64,000 nt of DNA from positions 5,706,001-5,770,000 of the forward strand of contig NC_045698.1 in the NCBI RefSeq assembly GCF_009834535.1, in the 5' to 3' direction. The notes under the pieces were generated by a model. That model was given only the letters and a program-made list of their open reading frames with translations, did no database searches and was not told where the DNA came from. Origin of the DNA: Camelus ferus (Eukaryota). Below are positions 50,669 to 63,900 of the stretch, in pieces. Positions within the stretch are counted from its first letter, which is position 1, and each line of letters starts with the position of its first letter. The position numbers were made by a program, and so were the translations under genes.

Positions 50669-53600
50669 TTAATTAAGAAATACAGACTTGAGACCAGACA
50701 TATACAGTGAAGCGCACAGAGGGCGTCTCTCTCTGGGGAGATTTCAAAGTGGCCTGTACAAAGACAGTGAGTCAGAATCCCCATCTTAATCTACCAGCCC
50801 ATAGAAATGGTCCTTCCATGAACACGAATGTCAGAGCTTAAAATTTGAGTTTGCACAGCGGTCTCCTAATGGCTTTTATCATTATAAATCTAGATCTTTA
50901 TGAAATACTCTTTAGCCCCCAGAAGAGATTTACAACTCAAACGTTATTTGGAAGCAAACCATTCTGGTGGGCCAGCAAGCCCGTGCCTCTTAGAGACTCT
51001 ATCTACTATCAAATCCAGCTGTGCCAGAACAGCCAAAAAGTGTACCTTCTTCTCCAGAAAAGCAGCCACGTTTATGCACCTTTCACATGCCCAGGAATAG
51101 CCCAGGGCCTGGTGCAGGGCTGGGCGGGTGATGCACAGATCTCTGTGTGACGGCGGTGCTTGAGGACGAAGCATTGTGCTTCATACCTTTGTTGTACCTC
51201 CTCTGTATCCAGGAAAGTACCGAACACCTACATGGCTCGCAGGAAATGCGATGGCCAATTGCTGGATTTGTACATTTTTCTTAAATTATGATTTTTGCTC
51301 ACTGATGTGCAAAGAAGACACAGTATATATCATCCACTTTCCAGCTGCTCATCACGCTCTACTTGTGCTTCCAGGTAGAGAAGCCCGGTGCTCCTGTCTC
51401 GGTTTCTTAAGAGTGAAATATGTCATACATCATCTCATGTCCCAAAGCAAGAGTGCGGACAGTTACTCAACAGATCAACCTTGTGCCTTTTCCAGATGCA
51501 AGAGGATCTCCACGAGGTGTATTTTGAATGTCGATCATTATAATACCTGATTCATTTTGTTGATTAAGAAAATGAAAAAATTAAGGTGGAATATCTCCTG
51601 AAAATTTGAGATGGATAAGGCTTTAGAATTCAGATTATAACATTATTATAAAATATAAAGCTGTATTTTTCAGCAATTTTGAAGCATCAGGGTTAGGCTA
51701 ACCAAAAATCAAACCAAACCAACCAACCGACTAACCAAACAAACAAAAATCCAGGCCACACTTCAAGCAAAAGTGAGTAAATTCTCTTACGTCTAAAACA
51801 GAAAGGCCTAGCTCTCTATTCCCAAACCACCTCCTCAGAGTAGAAGCAGCATAAGGTAATTTTCAAGGGAGGATTTTTTTTCCCTGATGACATGATTAAC
51901 AAATGCTCATTGGACAGGGATCGTGTTTGGCTTTAGCAAATGTGCGTTTCCAGAAGTCCGCGCTTTGACTGCTTTGATGTGCAGTCTAGCGTACGTTTTC
52001 TAATAAAATAGGACATAAAGGTAAGAAGGGATTCTGACGAAATGTGAGGTGGATATACCATTAAGTGTTAGTCACCAGGGAATTTTAATCACGGTGCAGA
52101 AATTACATTTAATTATGCATGATATGATGGAGCACTCCACATTCCCTGACTGTCCGCAGGGAGCGAGAATGGTCTACAAAATTCATAGGAGAGGCGGAAG
52201 ATTTTCGATGACCCGCGGAAACGCCTTCCCCTGAGCTCCTGAGACTCACCGGAGGAGGGTTCGCAGGAGGTGGCAGGTGGAGGCTGTGGCCGTGGAGCTC
52301 AGCAGGGTTAAGTGAGTCCAGGGGAAACCGGTCCCATGACCTAAACCGCTTGCTAGCACGCCCCTCATAGGCCGAGTCTCGGTTTCAATCACGTTCACAG
52401 CTCCAGAGAATTGTCAGTGCCTGCTAGTAAATAAATGCTCAGTTAGAGCTGGTATAACCTCAGTTTGTTAGTGACATAGTGTGGCCAGTATGGGACGTGT
52501 GCATACTGCCCTTCAAACCCACGCTTTGAAATTAGTTTTGGAATCAGAGAAAATCAGAGTAGAGGATCCAAGGAAAGATCAGAGTGGAAAGAATCACCAT
52601 GTCTCTGTTGTAGTGAAAATGAATTCTCTCCCATGTAGAGGAGAAGACAGTGTGAAGACATTCCTGAGTAATTAATCATCCCCCTTAACACACAGGAGTC
52701 TGGGGCTTCTCAGACAAAGACTGCAACTCAAGTTAAAACACTAGAATCCTCTTCCAGTTTCCCCAAACATCTGTAGACGTTAGAAAATGATACACCATCA
52801 CCTGAATCTTAAGAGAGCTATGTCATGAGGATTTATTTTCTGTCCAGCCTGATTTTCATTCCGCCTTTGTCTGGTAAAATGCTTCAGTTTTTGTATGAGA
52901 AACAAGCCTTTCTTAGGGTGATCAGCTGTCCCCACTTTTCATGGGAGTTTCCCAGGATGCAAACCTTTTGGTGATAAAATTAGGAAGCTGCAGGCGCATC
53001 AGGAAGAGTCGGTGATTCTCCTTCCCCCAGACGATGTATAACAAGAAAATTCATCAGATTGCTCCATCCTCCCCGATTCAGAGGGCAGCATGTAACCCAA
53101 ATTGGGCTAATCACAATCTCCCTCTCCTGGAACTTGACTTCTGATTGAGAGACAGAGTCAAAGGTAAAAACACATGGAACTCTGCACCCCGAATGCACTG
53201 CTCATTGCGTCTCACCTCGCAGGACCTCTCTGGTCTCTGGCTCTTGTCCTTCTGAGGTCTGATTGCTCTCCTTTCCTGGGTGACCAGGGCATGGCGACAA
53301 AGTTGTCACGGTTTGCTTATCTTTTCCTAATTGAAGATGGTAATTTCCCCTCACGCTCTTCAAGCTTCTAGAGAGAGTTTTGGTGTGGTTTTAGTGATAA
53401 GACTCAAAAACCAATTAGCAAATAATGCAAATCAACTGTAAAATAATCCAAGCCAACCCACCGCTCATCTGCGTGGATGACAGCAAGTCTAGAGGAACCA
53501 CGGCCGGCAAAGGGCCACGTGCAGGAGACGGTTTGCGGGACCACACAGCACAGCCAGGAATCATTTAACTGGTAGGAAGCATCTAAGGAATTTGAAAACG

Positions 53601-53799
53601 TATTTCCGAAGCATGAGCTGCTGGGAGGCCCAGGGCTGAGTGAAAATGGGAAGCATCTATTCACTGATGTCGTAGGAAAGCCCCAGCTGGCTGAGCACGC
53701 GCTCTCGCGTAGTGACTGCAGCTACGCCTTCAGCACGAACAGTTGCTCTGCTCGTGTGGAGACACGATGGGGGAAAACTGACACCCGAGGGTCTGGTTT

Positions 53800-54248
53800 G
53801 TTGTGACGTCGAGGGCAGCCCAACCAGAGAAGGATCATCCTTCCAACGTTACATCTGGGTCTTCACAAGCGGGGAAGTAGGTGAAGACCCCCCACCCCAA
53901 ACCAGAACAGACACGAGGAGAGTTGGCCGCTGTCACTGTGACTGGCAGAGACTCCGAGGCAGGCAGGACAGAGTAAAAGCTTTACAGTAAGAACGGAGAG
54001 GCTTCAGATGTGCCCTGATCCGGGGAAGCTGAGGCCAGCGAGCTAGAAGCGGGCCGTCCGACGTGATGGGGAACACATATGGCTTCCTTGGTTGATCCCG
54101 AGTTGGAAGCAGGGAGTTAAAAATTAGAGAAGCTGCCAGTTATTGACACAGTCCTGACTGCCCTGGGCTGGTGGCTGCGGAGGTCTGAGGCCGGGTTCTG
54201 CTTTCCAGCATGGTCTGGCCATGGTCCATTTGGGTATGCAGTTTCTCA
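53800..54248 (-). mobile_element. MER89/MER90-like ERV1 LTR
   Basis: 'gagttggaagcaggg..aaaattagagaagctgccagttattgac..gtcctgact..atggtctggccatggtccatttg..tttctca'. Confidence 0.7.
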
Positions 54249-57200
54249 AGAGGAATCAGTCAAATCCGTCAGCATTCTTTCATAAAATATGAATGATGCC
54301 CCAGGGACTACCCACTCGGTGTGCACACAGTTTCCCATAAGGAACTGAAGGCTGATTCCCAGTCTGGTCTGGACTGGGAAAGTGGCCATGATGGTCTCCT
54401 AGCTTATGAGTTGGACCTGGACGCAAGCCCAGCTCTGATGGGTCAGACGTTTGGTTCCCTCTCGCGGGCTCAGGTGCCTCACGTGTGGCCGTGCGTGTTG
54501 AATACAGTTGTGTTATTATCAGTAGCTGCATTATTGTGCAAATGTAGGAACCTAGGCTTAAAAGAATGAAAGGCTTTGCCGCAGGCCTGAGACTGGAAAG
54601 AGGTGGTCTGACGTCCAGGTCTACCTGCGGGCAGTGCCGTTCCCTCCCGCAGGTGTGGGACCATAAGAGCGGAGGCGGGGGCGTGCCCTGTGGAGATGGA
54701 GGCCCGGCCGACGTGCCCACTGCTGTTGGGCAGCCCAGTCAGTGGGGTCAGTGCGGCGTTAAGGAGGGTGCAAAGTGCATAGACCACTTATACGATTCAA
54801 AAATAAAATAAAATCTTTGGACCTGTGCTGAGAGCTGCTCTGTGCTAAGTGAGGGAATAAGAGAAGATTTGCAGTTAAGAAGCGGTTTTAACCCCACTCA
54901 AACTTCTGTACGTGGTTCCTTGTCACTCCTGCAGGCTTGATCTAGGCATAAGAGTTTACTTACTTTCAAAGCTGTAGTAAATATTATGGAAGTATGTAGG
55001 GTAAATTTCTTTGAAGATAATTTACATCCAGAAAAAGAGACTGAGAGCACACTGTGTAACTCCAGTAAGCCGCTGTGGGAACACGAGAAATCAAACTTCT
55101 CCCAACCAGAAAGACAGAAGCTGTTCTCCTGGGCTGAGTCCCCAGCAGAGCTCCTAGGAGGCAGCTCCATCCCTCTGGGGGACAGTGGCTTGTGGGAGGA
55201 AGTGCTGGTCTCTGGTGACCTGTCCGCACACGCAGTGGGACAAACCAGGGTATGTCCATGTGGTAGCTCTAGGGAAGGAAGCACAATGACCCCGCCTCAA
55301 ACCAGGCCCTGGGCATGGTGCTCAGGGTGGGAGGGACCGCATCCCGATGACCCCAGAGCCTGCTCCGCAGCAGCGAGACAGAAGGGAGGGCCCTGGGTCC
55401 ACTCATCACAATCTCTGAGGGCTTCCAGCCCCCAGACAACCTTGCCGTGCTCATCACATGGCATAAAGAGACCTCTCAGGGCGAGAAATGGCCAGAGCCC
55501 AAGAAGGGGGCCTGGCGGTTACCTCTGGTTTGCTACAGACCACGCACCATGATGAACGTTTTATGTGCATGGACTCTCACCACCTTATGGCGTAGGTGTC
55601 ACCAATTCCATTTTCCAAAGGAGGTTGCTGAGGAATCAGATTATGGAGATTTCCCTAATTTAAGTCGCTATTAAAAAAGAGAAAGCAATACCATTAAAAG
55701 TTGTAAGAACAAAACAGGAACAAAATAGTTAAAGAGAACAAAATTCAGTACTTCTTGTAACGAATCTGAAAATCTCTAAGAAATGCATTTTATAGGGATT
55801 TAAATACACATTAAATTACATACACAGACATACCTATACCACGAATATGCACACATTATACACAAACACACACACACACACACTCATTCAATTCTGTGAA
55901 AGTCTGAATGACTTCTCAGTAGCCCTGGAAGGAATTTCAGAGGTTATCAATATCACTTGTGACTACAGATTCCCAATTCATAAATAAAATACTGTCAGAT
56001 CTAATTTGAGAGTCTGATGTAATTAATGAGAATGATGGGATTACGATGCAGAGATAGCTCACAATTGGAAAAATTCATTAATATAATTCATCTAGTTAAT
56101 GGATCTTACCCACAATGGTTCCTTAACGGAACACTTGCCATGCACAAGGCTGTTTCAACATCCGATTTATAGACAGTTTGTATCTTTGTTTTTTCACTAA
56201 CAACGTTTGTTTAGATCTGTGTTTACTCACACCCTGTGTTCTCTAAGATAGAAATTGCTCATAGATTCTTTTCCAGGGTGACACTGCAGTGTACTTTACA
56301 ATTAGAACTTCTGGTGGCTAAGTTCCTCAAAGAGTAGATTTGGCATACTTGCTTCCTTTCAGAGCATCATAAATAGAAAGTAAGAATTACCCTGATTCCA
56401 CCTCCTAGATACAAGCAATCCTAATTTTTTTTCTATGCAGTCACATTCACAGTATTTCAAATGGGATTTCAGGTTTGCACTTTTCATGATGATAATCAAC
56501 ACCTATCCATGCCAAATATTAGAGAAATGTATGTACACAGTTAGCAAAATCAGTGTATAGAGGCCCCTCCCCAGGGGTGAGCCAAATAAGGAATTTGCAG
56601 AATGTGCCTTTAAATAAATGAACTCCCCAAGGAAACACATGTTTTGGCTGAAAAATTATTAATTATCTGATCTGACACAATGCCAAAGAGGAGAACCCCA
56701 GAGATTTCTTTTTCTTTACTGACACACGAAAATTAGGCTGGAGACGGCATATTCTGAAACATATCAATCACGTTAAGGAAGAGAAGCAACACGAAACTGG
56801 AATTCCACACACAGGCACAATGTCGGTGCTTCACACACATTATCTAGTTTAAAGCAAGGAGGCAGTGTTTACCCAGCATGAATATTGAGCAGTATGTAAA
56901 GTGAAGCCACTGTGGACTGTGGTCGGGAAGGACCAGCGTGGGAGAACGGAGATCCAGTTCTAGACTAAGACCTTAGACACTGGCGCTCCAGCTGCCTTCC
57001 GAAACACACTGAAATGGGGAGAGTAAAACACAGTCCCGCAACGGAGATGATGTATATAAAGCATTTGTCACAAACAAGACACTTCCTAAGTGGTAGATAG
57101 AACCAAAATTATTAGCAGAGTCTGTACAGGAATTTCTGCCTGACAGTACTCTAAAGATGTAAGCAGACAGATGCCCACTATGAAATAAAAATTTTATTAG

Positions 57201-57905
57201 AAATTCCATTTGATGGTTATGACCAAGAATAACTAATTTCAGAACTGATAATGATATTGTACTGGAAGAGGAGAAAATGTGAAATATGTTAGCTACATTT
57301 TCAAATATAATGAGATCTGAGAAACTTACTTGAAAATTCTTGTGATTCTAAAGACTGTTACTCTTCTTATGACAGTGAATTCGGCAAGCTTCTAAGTGCA
57401 TTTTTAACCTCATAGTAAAGTTGAACAGAGAATAAAAAGTACAATATCTACAGAAATAATTTTCTTTCAAGTAGTTGTGGGACTAGAACAAGAAAGTGTA
57501 ATTACGTGCAATGGGTTATGTGTAACTTTAAAGAAGCCTGTGGAAATACTGTGTGACGTAATATGTTTTTCTATGGTGCAGACATACCACTTTGGCCAAT
57601 TTATTCAGTCCTCCTACTCATATTTAAGTTTGGAACAAATGATGAAGAAACATATATCATTGGCATTAATACCAAGCAATTTCAAAGACAAAGGTAAACC
57701 CATTCACTCTGCACAGAAATACTTATGCAAGTATTACATGAATACAGTACCACAATCCAGGTGTTCTGAAATGCCAAGTTTCAAATTTTGCTCCTCTTAA
57801 CCACACTATACCTTTTCAAATATTGATTGAGTGAGCTTCTGGTCTTTTCTATGAACGTGGTGAAGAATGTAGTGTATGTACAGCCTAGCATCAAGATACT
57901 GGTTT

Positions 57906-58190
57906 CTAAAAATTAATCTCTGGTAAATCTCTGCTAAAAGAAACCAGGGCTCCTCGGATAGACGGCTGATTCCAGGAAAAGCACAAGCTGAGTCTGGAAC
58001 ATCTTCTTAAACCAGAAGGTAAACAAGTCCTTAAAAGAGTCATAAGAACATATGAAAGGCAGCCAGGAACAAGCTGGAAGAGTTGCCTTGGGTCCAATCT
58101 GTGAAAATTTGAGCATCAAAATAGTTATCATAATAGACAATGAGCCACTGTATAGAACAAAGATACATGAGCCTAATATAAACACCTGTT
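57906..58190 (+). mobile_element. L1MC4/5-like 3' UTR fragment
   Basis: 'aagaaaccagggctcctcggatagacggctgattccagg..ggaacatcttcttaaaccagaag..aatttgagcatcaaaata'. Confidence 0.7.
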
Positions 58191-58689
58191 GAGAGCAGTG
58201 CCTGGTGATCAAAGGTGAAATTTATCCATCAGGATCTTGGAAGGCCAAGGGCCGTCCTCTGTGTTCTCAGTGTCCCCAGGCTTCCTAGAGCCAGAGCCCA
58301 GCCAAGGACATACTTTATAACTCCAAGTCCAGGGTTCTTTTTGCACTTCCTGATGACTACTTTTCTGTAACTGGTATTTTCAAAGGCTCGAAGCTTTCCA
58401 TCTGTGAGGAAAGTGCCAAGTAAACCATGTTTTCTGTTTTGCTTTTGTTCTTGTTTTTTATTTTTTATTTTTTGCTGTTGGCATCAAAACATTTCATGTG
58501 CTGATAATTACCCTGGAATTATCACTGAATGTACCCAGGGCCTAGGAGGGCCTTTCCAAATCTTTGAAGGTCATGTCGTTTTGGAGTGGGCTCGGCTCTT
58601 AGCAATGTGTTACCATCGTTTTAATCCCTTGGGATAGGACTGACTGCAGTACAATAGTCAACGTTTGCATTTTCTGTTCCTGAACTGGA

Positions 58690-58910
58690 AGACTTTTCCC
58701 TCAGCTTTTTACATAGCTGACTTCACCTTTCAGACCAGCTTTAATGCCCCCTCCTCAGAGCCAAGACCTCTGTGATTAGGACTTTCTCAGTCACTCTTTT
58801 TTTGTCTGTTTCCTTCAGAAATCTCCCCACACCTGCAAAAACAGTTTGCTCTCTGTTTACTTGTTTGTGACCTGCCCCCTCCCCTTGCTGCCGTGAGGCA
58901 GGGACTCTGT
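58690..58910 (+). mobile_element. L2 fragment
   Basis: 'cagctttaatgccccctcctcagag..tgtttacttgtttgtgacctgcc..gtgaggcagggact'. Confidence 0.55.
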
Positions 58911-61697
58911 TATTCTGTAAAGGTTTCCAGAAAGAAAAGTGATGAGGGCCTGTTGTGCTTGTCTCGCTCGTGTGTTCAGTTGAAGAGAGTTTTGAGTGCG
59001 TTCCTTCAAGGAGACTTGATTTTCGAAAGAAGGTTGTGATTCTGCAGGTGTCAGTAGGGGGCTTGGCAAGATGCTCCTGTGAGCCTCATGTTGGAAGTGT
59101 CACCAGGATTAGCGGTGAGTCAGTAGCGGGTGATGGGAAGTGTTCCTGGCGGGGAGACCACAGAATGAGCTGAGTCTGCAGCATCGTGGAGAAGGCTGGC
59201 CCCAAGCACACTGCTGCTGAGGACCACTCCTGGGTCACTGGTCACAGCCCTTTGAGGTCGCAAAGGTCTCCCCCAGGGCAGGCAGCCTCCAGGGGCGAAG
59301 GTCTGGGCTGGTTATCCATGTTACAGAGGTAATGGCCATAAAAAAGAAAACTGAAGAAAGAAATTTACACCAAACAGTGAAGGCTACTGTATTTCTGCAC
59401 GTGAGAAACTCATTGGCTATCTTTAGTTTCAGCTTTCTGTTCTGATACATGTAGGAGTAGATGGATTTAACAGATCTCTTTTTATAGACTCTAAAGGCTA
59501 GGTCATAAATGGAACTCTGTCCACCTAGGAAATTTTAAAGTCAGAGTATAAAATGGTCCCTGGGTTGTTTGTGTTCCTACAAAATAGAGGGGTGAGAAGA
59601 AGGAAGAGCTGAGTGGCTGGTCCCATGAAGTGAAAAGAGGAAACCATAGGGTCTGATTTACTGGTTTTAAGGCTAAATTTATTTAGACAAAACTAGGATT
59701 GATGTTACAATCTAGTAAATACAAGGGTGCACTTTTGTAGGAACACTAACGTTCATCTATGACCCATGGTAAGGAGACTGCTACATGGCGGAGATTCGAT
59801 GTATTCTGGCTGTGAAAATTCAGCTGTTCCTAAACAGGAAGATTATTTTCTCATATATTTAATGTGATCTTACATTCCTTGATAATGAATTTAAATTACA
59901 AAATGCCCTTGGCTGAGAAAGGAAATCCTTTGCTCTCTAGCAATTTATACTCAGCATTTGTCAGATAACATCTTGGGGGCAAATAAAAATAGATCCAGGC
60001 AATCCAAATCACTTTATGTAATTCCATTACGTAATTGCAGCGGGTTATGTAGTAGATTAGAATTAAGCAGCATATGAGCAGAAATATTAAGTTATTATGC
60101 TGATTCAATTTTACCTAATACTCCCTTTTTTTTTTAAATGTGCTGTATGTAGCAGCAATCTCAAAATAAATGAGTTTAGCTGGAATACAATTCCTGTGAT
60201 ATAGAGAAATAAAAATCCCTATTCTTATTACTTCCATTTAAATACATATTAGATTAAATTTCCAGTTGACCTGCTCTATCAATAAATGCACAAATCTGGA
60301 GAGAGATTTCCCACGGGCAGCCTTAGCTTTGATTCTTTTTCAATGTAAAGCATATTAAGAAGTGAGGTTAAAGAGGGCGAGAAAGTAAAGAGAGTAACTT
60401 CCGTTATTCCTCTAAGGGGCTGATAGACACAGCAGAGTAAAAGGGTCCCAGACGAAGGCGGGCCAGCCGAGGTCATGTTGTCATGTTACATAATGTTAGG
60501 CAAGCGTGCAGAAGGCTTGCCTTGGGCATGAGGTTGATTTTAAGTTTCACTCCCCAGTTCTTTGGTCTTTGCAGTGAGTACAATCTTGGTCCATGTCCTC
60601 AAAGACACACAGCTCAAACCACCTGGCTGCTTAAAGCTGGCCCTGATCAAAAGGTTATAGCAAATTGGTTACTGAATGAATGAAATCCTTGCTGAGCAAG
60701 TAACTGACAGCTGATCAAACCACGTATTAAGGGGTATAAACGCAAAACGAACTAAGCATTCAGTTCAGTGGATTTGAAAGGCTCAGTCACAGAAGCTGAA
60801 GCGGAACAGAGTGGGGGCCCTGTCGGTACACGGACCCTCTCCCCCCATGGAGACGTTCGCTGCTGCTTAATATTCCCATGTGATCTTAGTTAGTCGTTGT
60901 TCATATTATACCAGAAGCTGAAGCCGGTTCTGGATATTACAGGACAGTGAATGGCGCCTCAGTGACTTTGGAGAATTGGTGATGCTACGCATCTATTCTG
61001 TGTTAGAACAGGGGCTCCATCCTGGGGAGCTTCGAGTTCACGGCCTTCGTGGAGGAACCCTTGATTTATCTGGAGGCACAGCCTGCATCCCAAGCCAGGA
61101 CATCGTTCCATCACTAAGTAGCTGCATGAGCTTAGGAAAAGCCGCTTGAAACGCCTCACGTCTCATGCCTCAGGTTTCCCACCCCTAAATGGGAGCTCAG
61201 AGATCTGTTTTCCTAGAATTAGGATGATTAGATGAACCTTAACTCTGAGGGGACATGTGAGAGGGAGAGCCAGGCTGAGGAGGCTGCAGACGGGAGACAG
61301 GGAAGGAGTCCAGAGCATCGAGCTGAACAGACAGTACAAGAGGTGGGAGAGGTTGGAAACAGGCAGGAGGCCGACAGAAGCCGGGAAAAGATCTGTGAGT
61401 GTAAATTACCTGCCCTCCTCCTCCCCTGCCCTCCTCAGTCCCTGGCCGCCGCACACCCAGGAGCAGGCATGTGTGAAGAGGAGCCACTGCGACCCGAATG
61501 GGTGGGAACGTCTTGCCTGGTTGGTGCACAGGGACCAGCTGATTTGAGGCCAATTACCTGAAACCTGTTCTATTACGGCAAAATGGCCTATTTAATGGCA
61601 ACTTATGGTGCATAGAATAGATAAGAACTTTTATAAACATCTTTTAAACTAAACACGTGTGACTACTTGTAAGAGAACTGGTTAAAACCAAATAAAG

Positions 61698-61883
61698 GCT
61701 TCTCTATAGCACAGGGAACTACAATATCTTGTAATAACCTATAATGAAAAAGGATATGAAAAGAATATACATATATATGTGTGTATAACTGAGTCACTAC
61801 GCTGTACGCCAGAAACGGACACAACAGTGTGAATCAACTGTACCTCAGTTAAAAACAATTAAAATTGAATAAATTAAAAAAAC
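61698..61883 (+). mobile_element. 5'-truncated cetartiodactyl L1 3' UTR with TSD
   Basis: 'tatagcacagggaactacaatatcttgtaataacctataatgaaaaagg..gctgtacgccagaaa'; TT/AAAA target; TSD aaaccaaataaag / aaactgaataaag. Confidence 0.88.
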
Positions 61884-62209
61884 AAACTGAATAAAGTTAG
61901 ACTTCACTTAGACCGTGACATTCCTGTCATATGAAGAGCCAGCAAGAGTTTCCTAACCTGGGTAACCTGCGAAATCGGCCACCCTGTCGCCTGAGAGGTG
62001 GCTTGGGTCCTTCTGCTCACCTCGTGGTTTCTGTGTTACTGTTTCCAGGCGGAGGGCTAGTGGGCTGGTATTGCTACAAGCGAGGAACGGACTTGAAAAC
62101 TCCTGCTGGAACATTCTCAGGTATCAGGCATCAGCCCTCAGTGTTTCTTTATCTGGAAGCTCATTTTGTTGCCAGCCCTTTTTTTAAAATTTTCTTATTT
62201 CTATCTTGA

Positions 62210-62540
62210 CTCACAGATCAAACACTGACTGAGGGTCTGTGATAGAGTGAGTCTATGCACCTTCAAAGGTAAATAAAACAAGGTCTCCTGGGAGGAGTTG
62301 GCCACCATCCACAGAAGGGGACAGACCGGTAAACAGGTTTTCACGTCACTGGGACCATGTGATGGTGTCATATGCAGACAGTGCAGTGGTAGAACATGGG
62401 TGACCTCGTCTAAGTCTGCCGTGGTCAGGGACAGCTCTCTGAGTTCTATGTTGATGTATCTGAAGGGTGAGGAGGGGCTGTCCAGGTGAAGGGAGGGCGG
62501 TGACCAGGGACAGGGAGCAGCCACCCCTGTATCAAGGGGA
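62210..62540 (-). mobile_element. L2 fragment
   Basis: 'caaacactgactgagggtct..gtcagggacagctctctgag..atctgaagggtgaggagggg' reverse L2. Confidence 0.55.
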
Positions 62541-63179
62541 GAAGGAGTCTGTCTTTTAGAAACTGGAAATCCTTCCTCCTTCTCTCTCTCTCTCTCTTTC
62601 TCGATCTCTTTCCTCCTGGCCCTGCTTTTTTGTTTAAAGATACTTTATATTTATATTAATCGTTACTTTCATCAGAAACAACGTTACATCATTATAAGTG
62701 AATACAAGTATACTGATATTTTTATTGCGAGTAGTGTGATTGAAATGCTCTCTTATTTTTAAAGTCTTGGCTCAGCTTATTTTGATCCTTGGTTTTAATG
62801 GTGGCTTAGCTAGAAAAATGCCTGACAAAGAAGGGTACATCCAAATGGAAGCAGTGCCTCACGGGATGCACTTCCTGAATCACGTTTCCACTTTACTCAT
62901 CAAGCAGGCAGAGACCTTTGTTGAAACCTGACTGGTACATGCCCATGTTGCATCATGCCCTTCACTTTTGCAAATTCCCTTTTGCCTTTAACACATGATC
63001 AACCTGGAAAACCCAGGACTTCTGTGGAAAGAAGAAGCATCCTGTCAGAGCTCTCACAGCTCAGGAAGCAACTTCCCACACAATTCTCCCATCTCAAGCA
63101 TTTCTCAGCTGCTTCTGCTCAAAACAGGCTCCAGTTGGTTCAGATGGTGGCAGATCTGGTCCTCTGAGTCCCCAGTGGA

Positions 63180-63450
63180 CCGGCTGATTGTGGGGGCGGG
63201 CGGGCGGGCAGGCAGCCTCTAGGTGTTCACCCTGCTCTGCCCAGGAGTTACACCCACATCACACACACACTGCAAACCCCAGTCCCCTACTCGGACCAGA
63301 GAAACCGGGAAGCAGGAAAATCAAAGGCAGAGCAGACGTGGGAGGACACAGTGGGGAGCCGGGGCGGGACAGCCGCGAGGGGAGCAGGTCCTGTGTGCCG
63401 TGGTCCCGGCGGTTTAGGAAACAGCTCGCAGTGTGCTCTCGACGCTGCTT
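63180..63450. promoter_or_regulatory. GC-box/CpG-enriched patch
   Basis: 'gggggcgggcgggcggg' (63192-63208), 'ggggcggga' (63361-63369) and several CpGs. Confidence 0.3.
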
Positions 63451-63759
63451 CATTACCTACCATCTTACAGAAAAGAAAGGAAGGAAAGAAAAAGGAGGAA
63501 AAAGAAAGAAAAAATGTAGGAGGAAGAAACAAAGGACTGGTCAGTACCCAGAAGAGTGCTGGATGCTTTCGTATGTGTTGTGTTTTTAATGAATCACAAC
63601 AACCTTCGGAAAAAAGCACTGTAACCCACAGCTTGTGGCTGAGCAAACAGACTCACGGCAGAGAACAAAGAAACGCTACTTCGTGAAATTCTGGTTTCTC
63701 ATCTTTAAATGGTTTCAACAGTAATTATTAACATTAAAATATGTAAGAGGGCAATTATT

Positions 63760-63900
63760 TCTCCTACACTAGTGATTAACATACAAATATACATACTACA
63801 CAAAAGTATGCATACTATAAATGTACATAATTATATAAGTATAAATATAAATGCATATATATATGTGCATATAAATGTATATAAATATAAATAAACGTAC
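63760..63900. repeat. AT-rich low-complexity tract
   Basis: Degenerate (TA/ATATAA)n. Confidence 0.75.

Noticed and set aside
50542..50784. Poly-Ser/poly-Cys or poly-Gln coding repeat
   Set aside because: Microsatellite at an L1 end with no exon context.
54986..55552. 188-aa plus-strand ORF
   Set aside because: No recognisable homology, no poly(A)/TSD of a retrocopy, and its 3' end runs into a MIR-like fragment.
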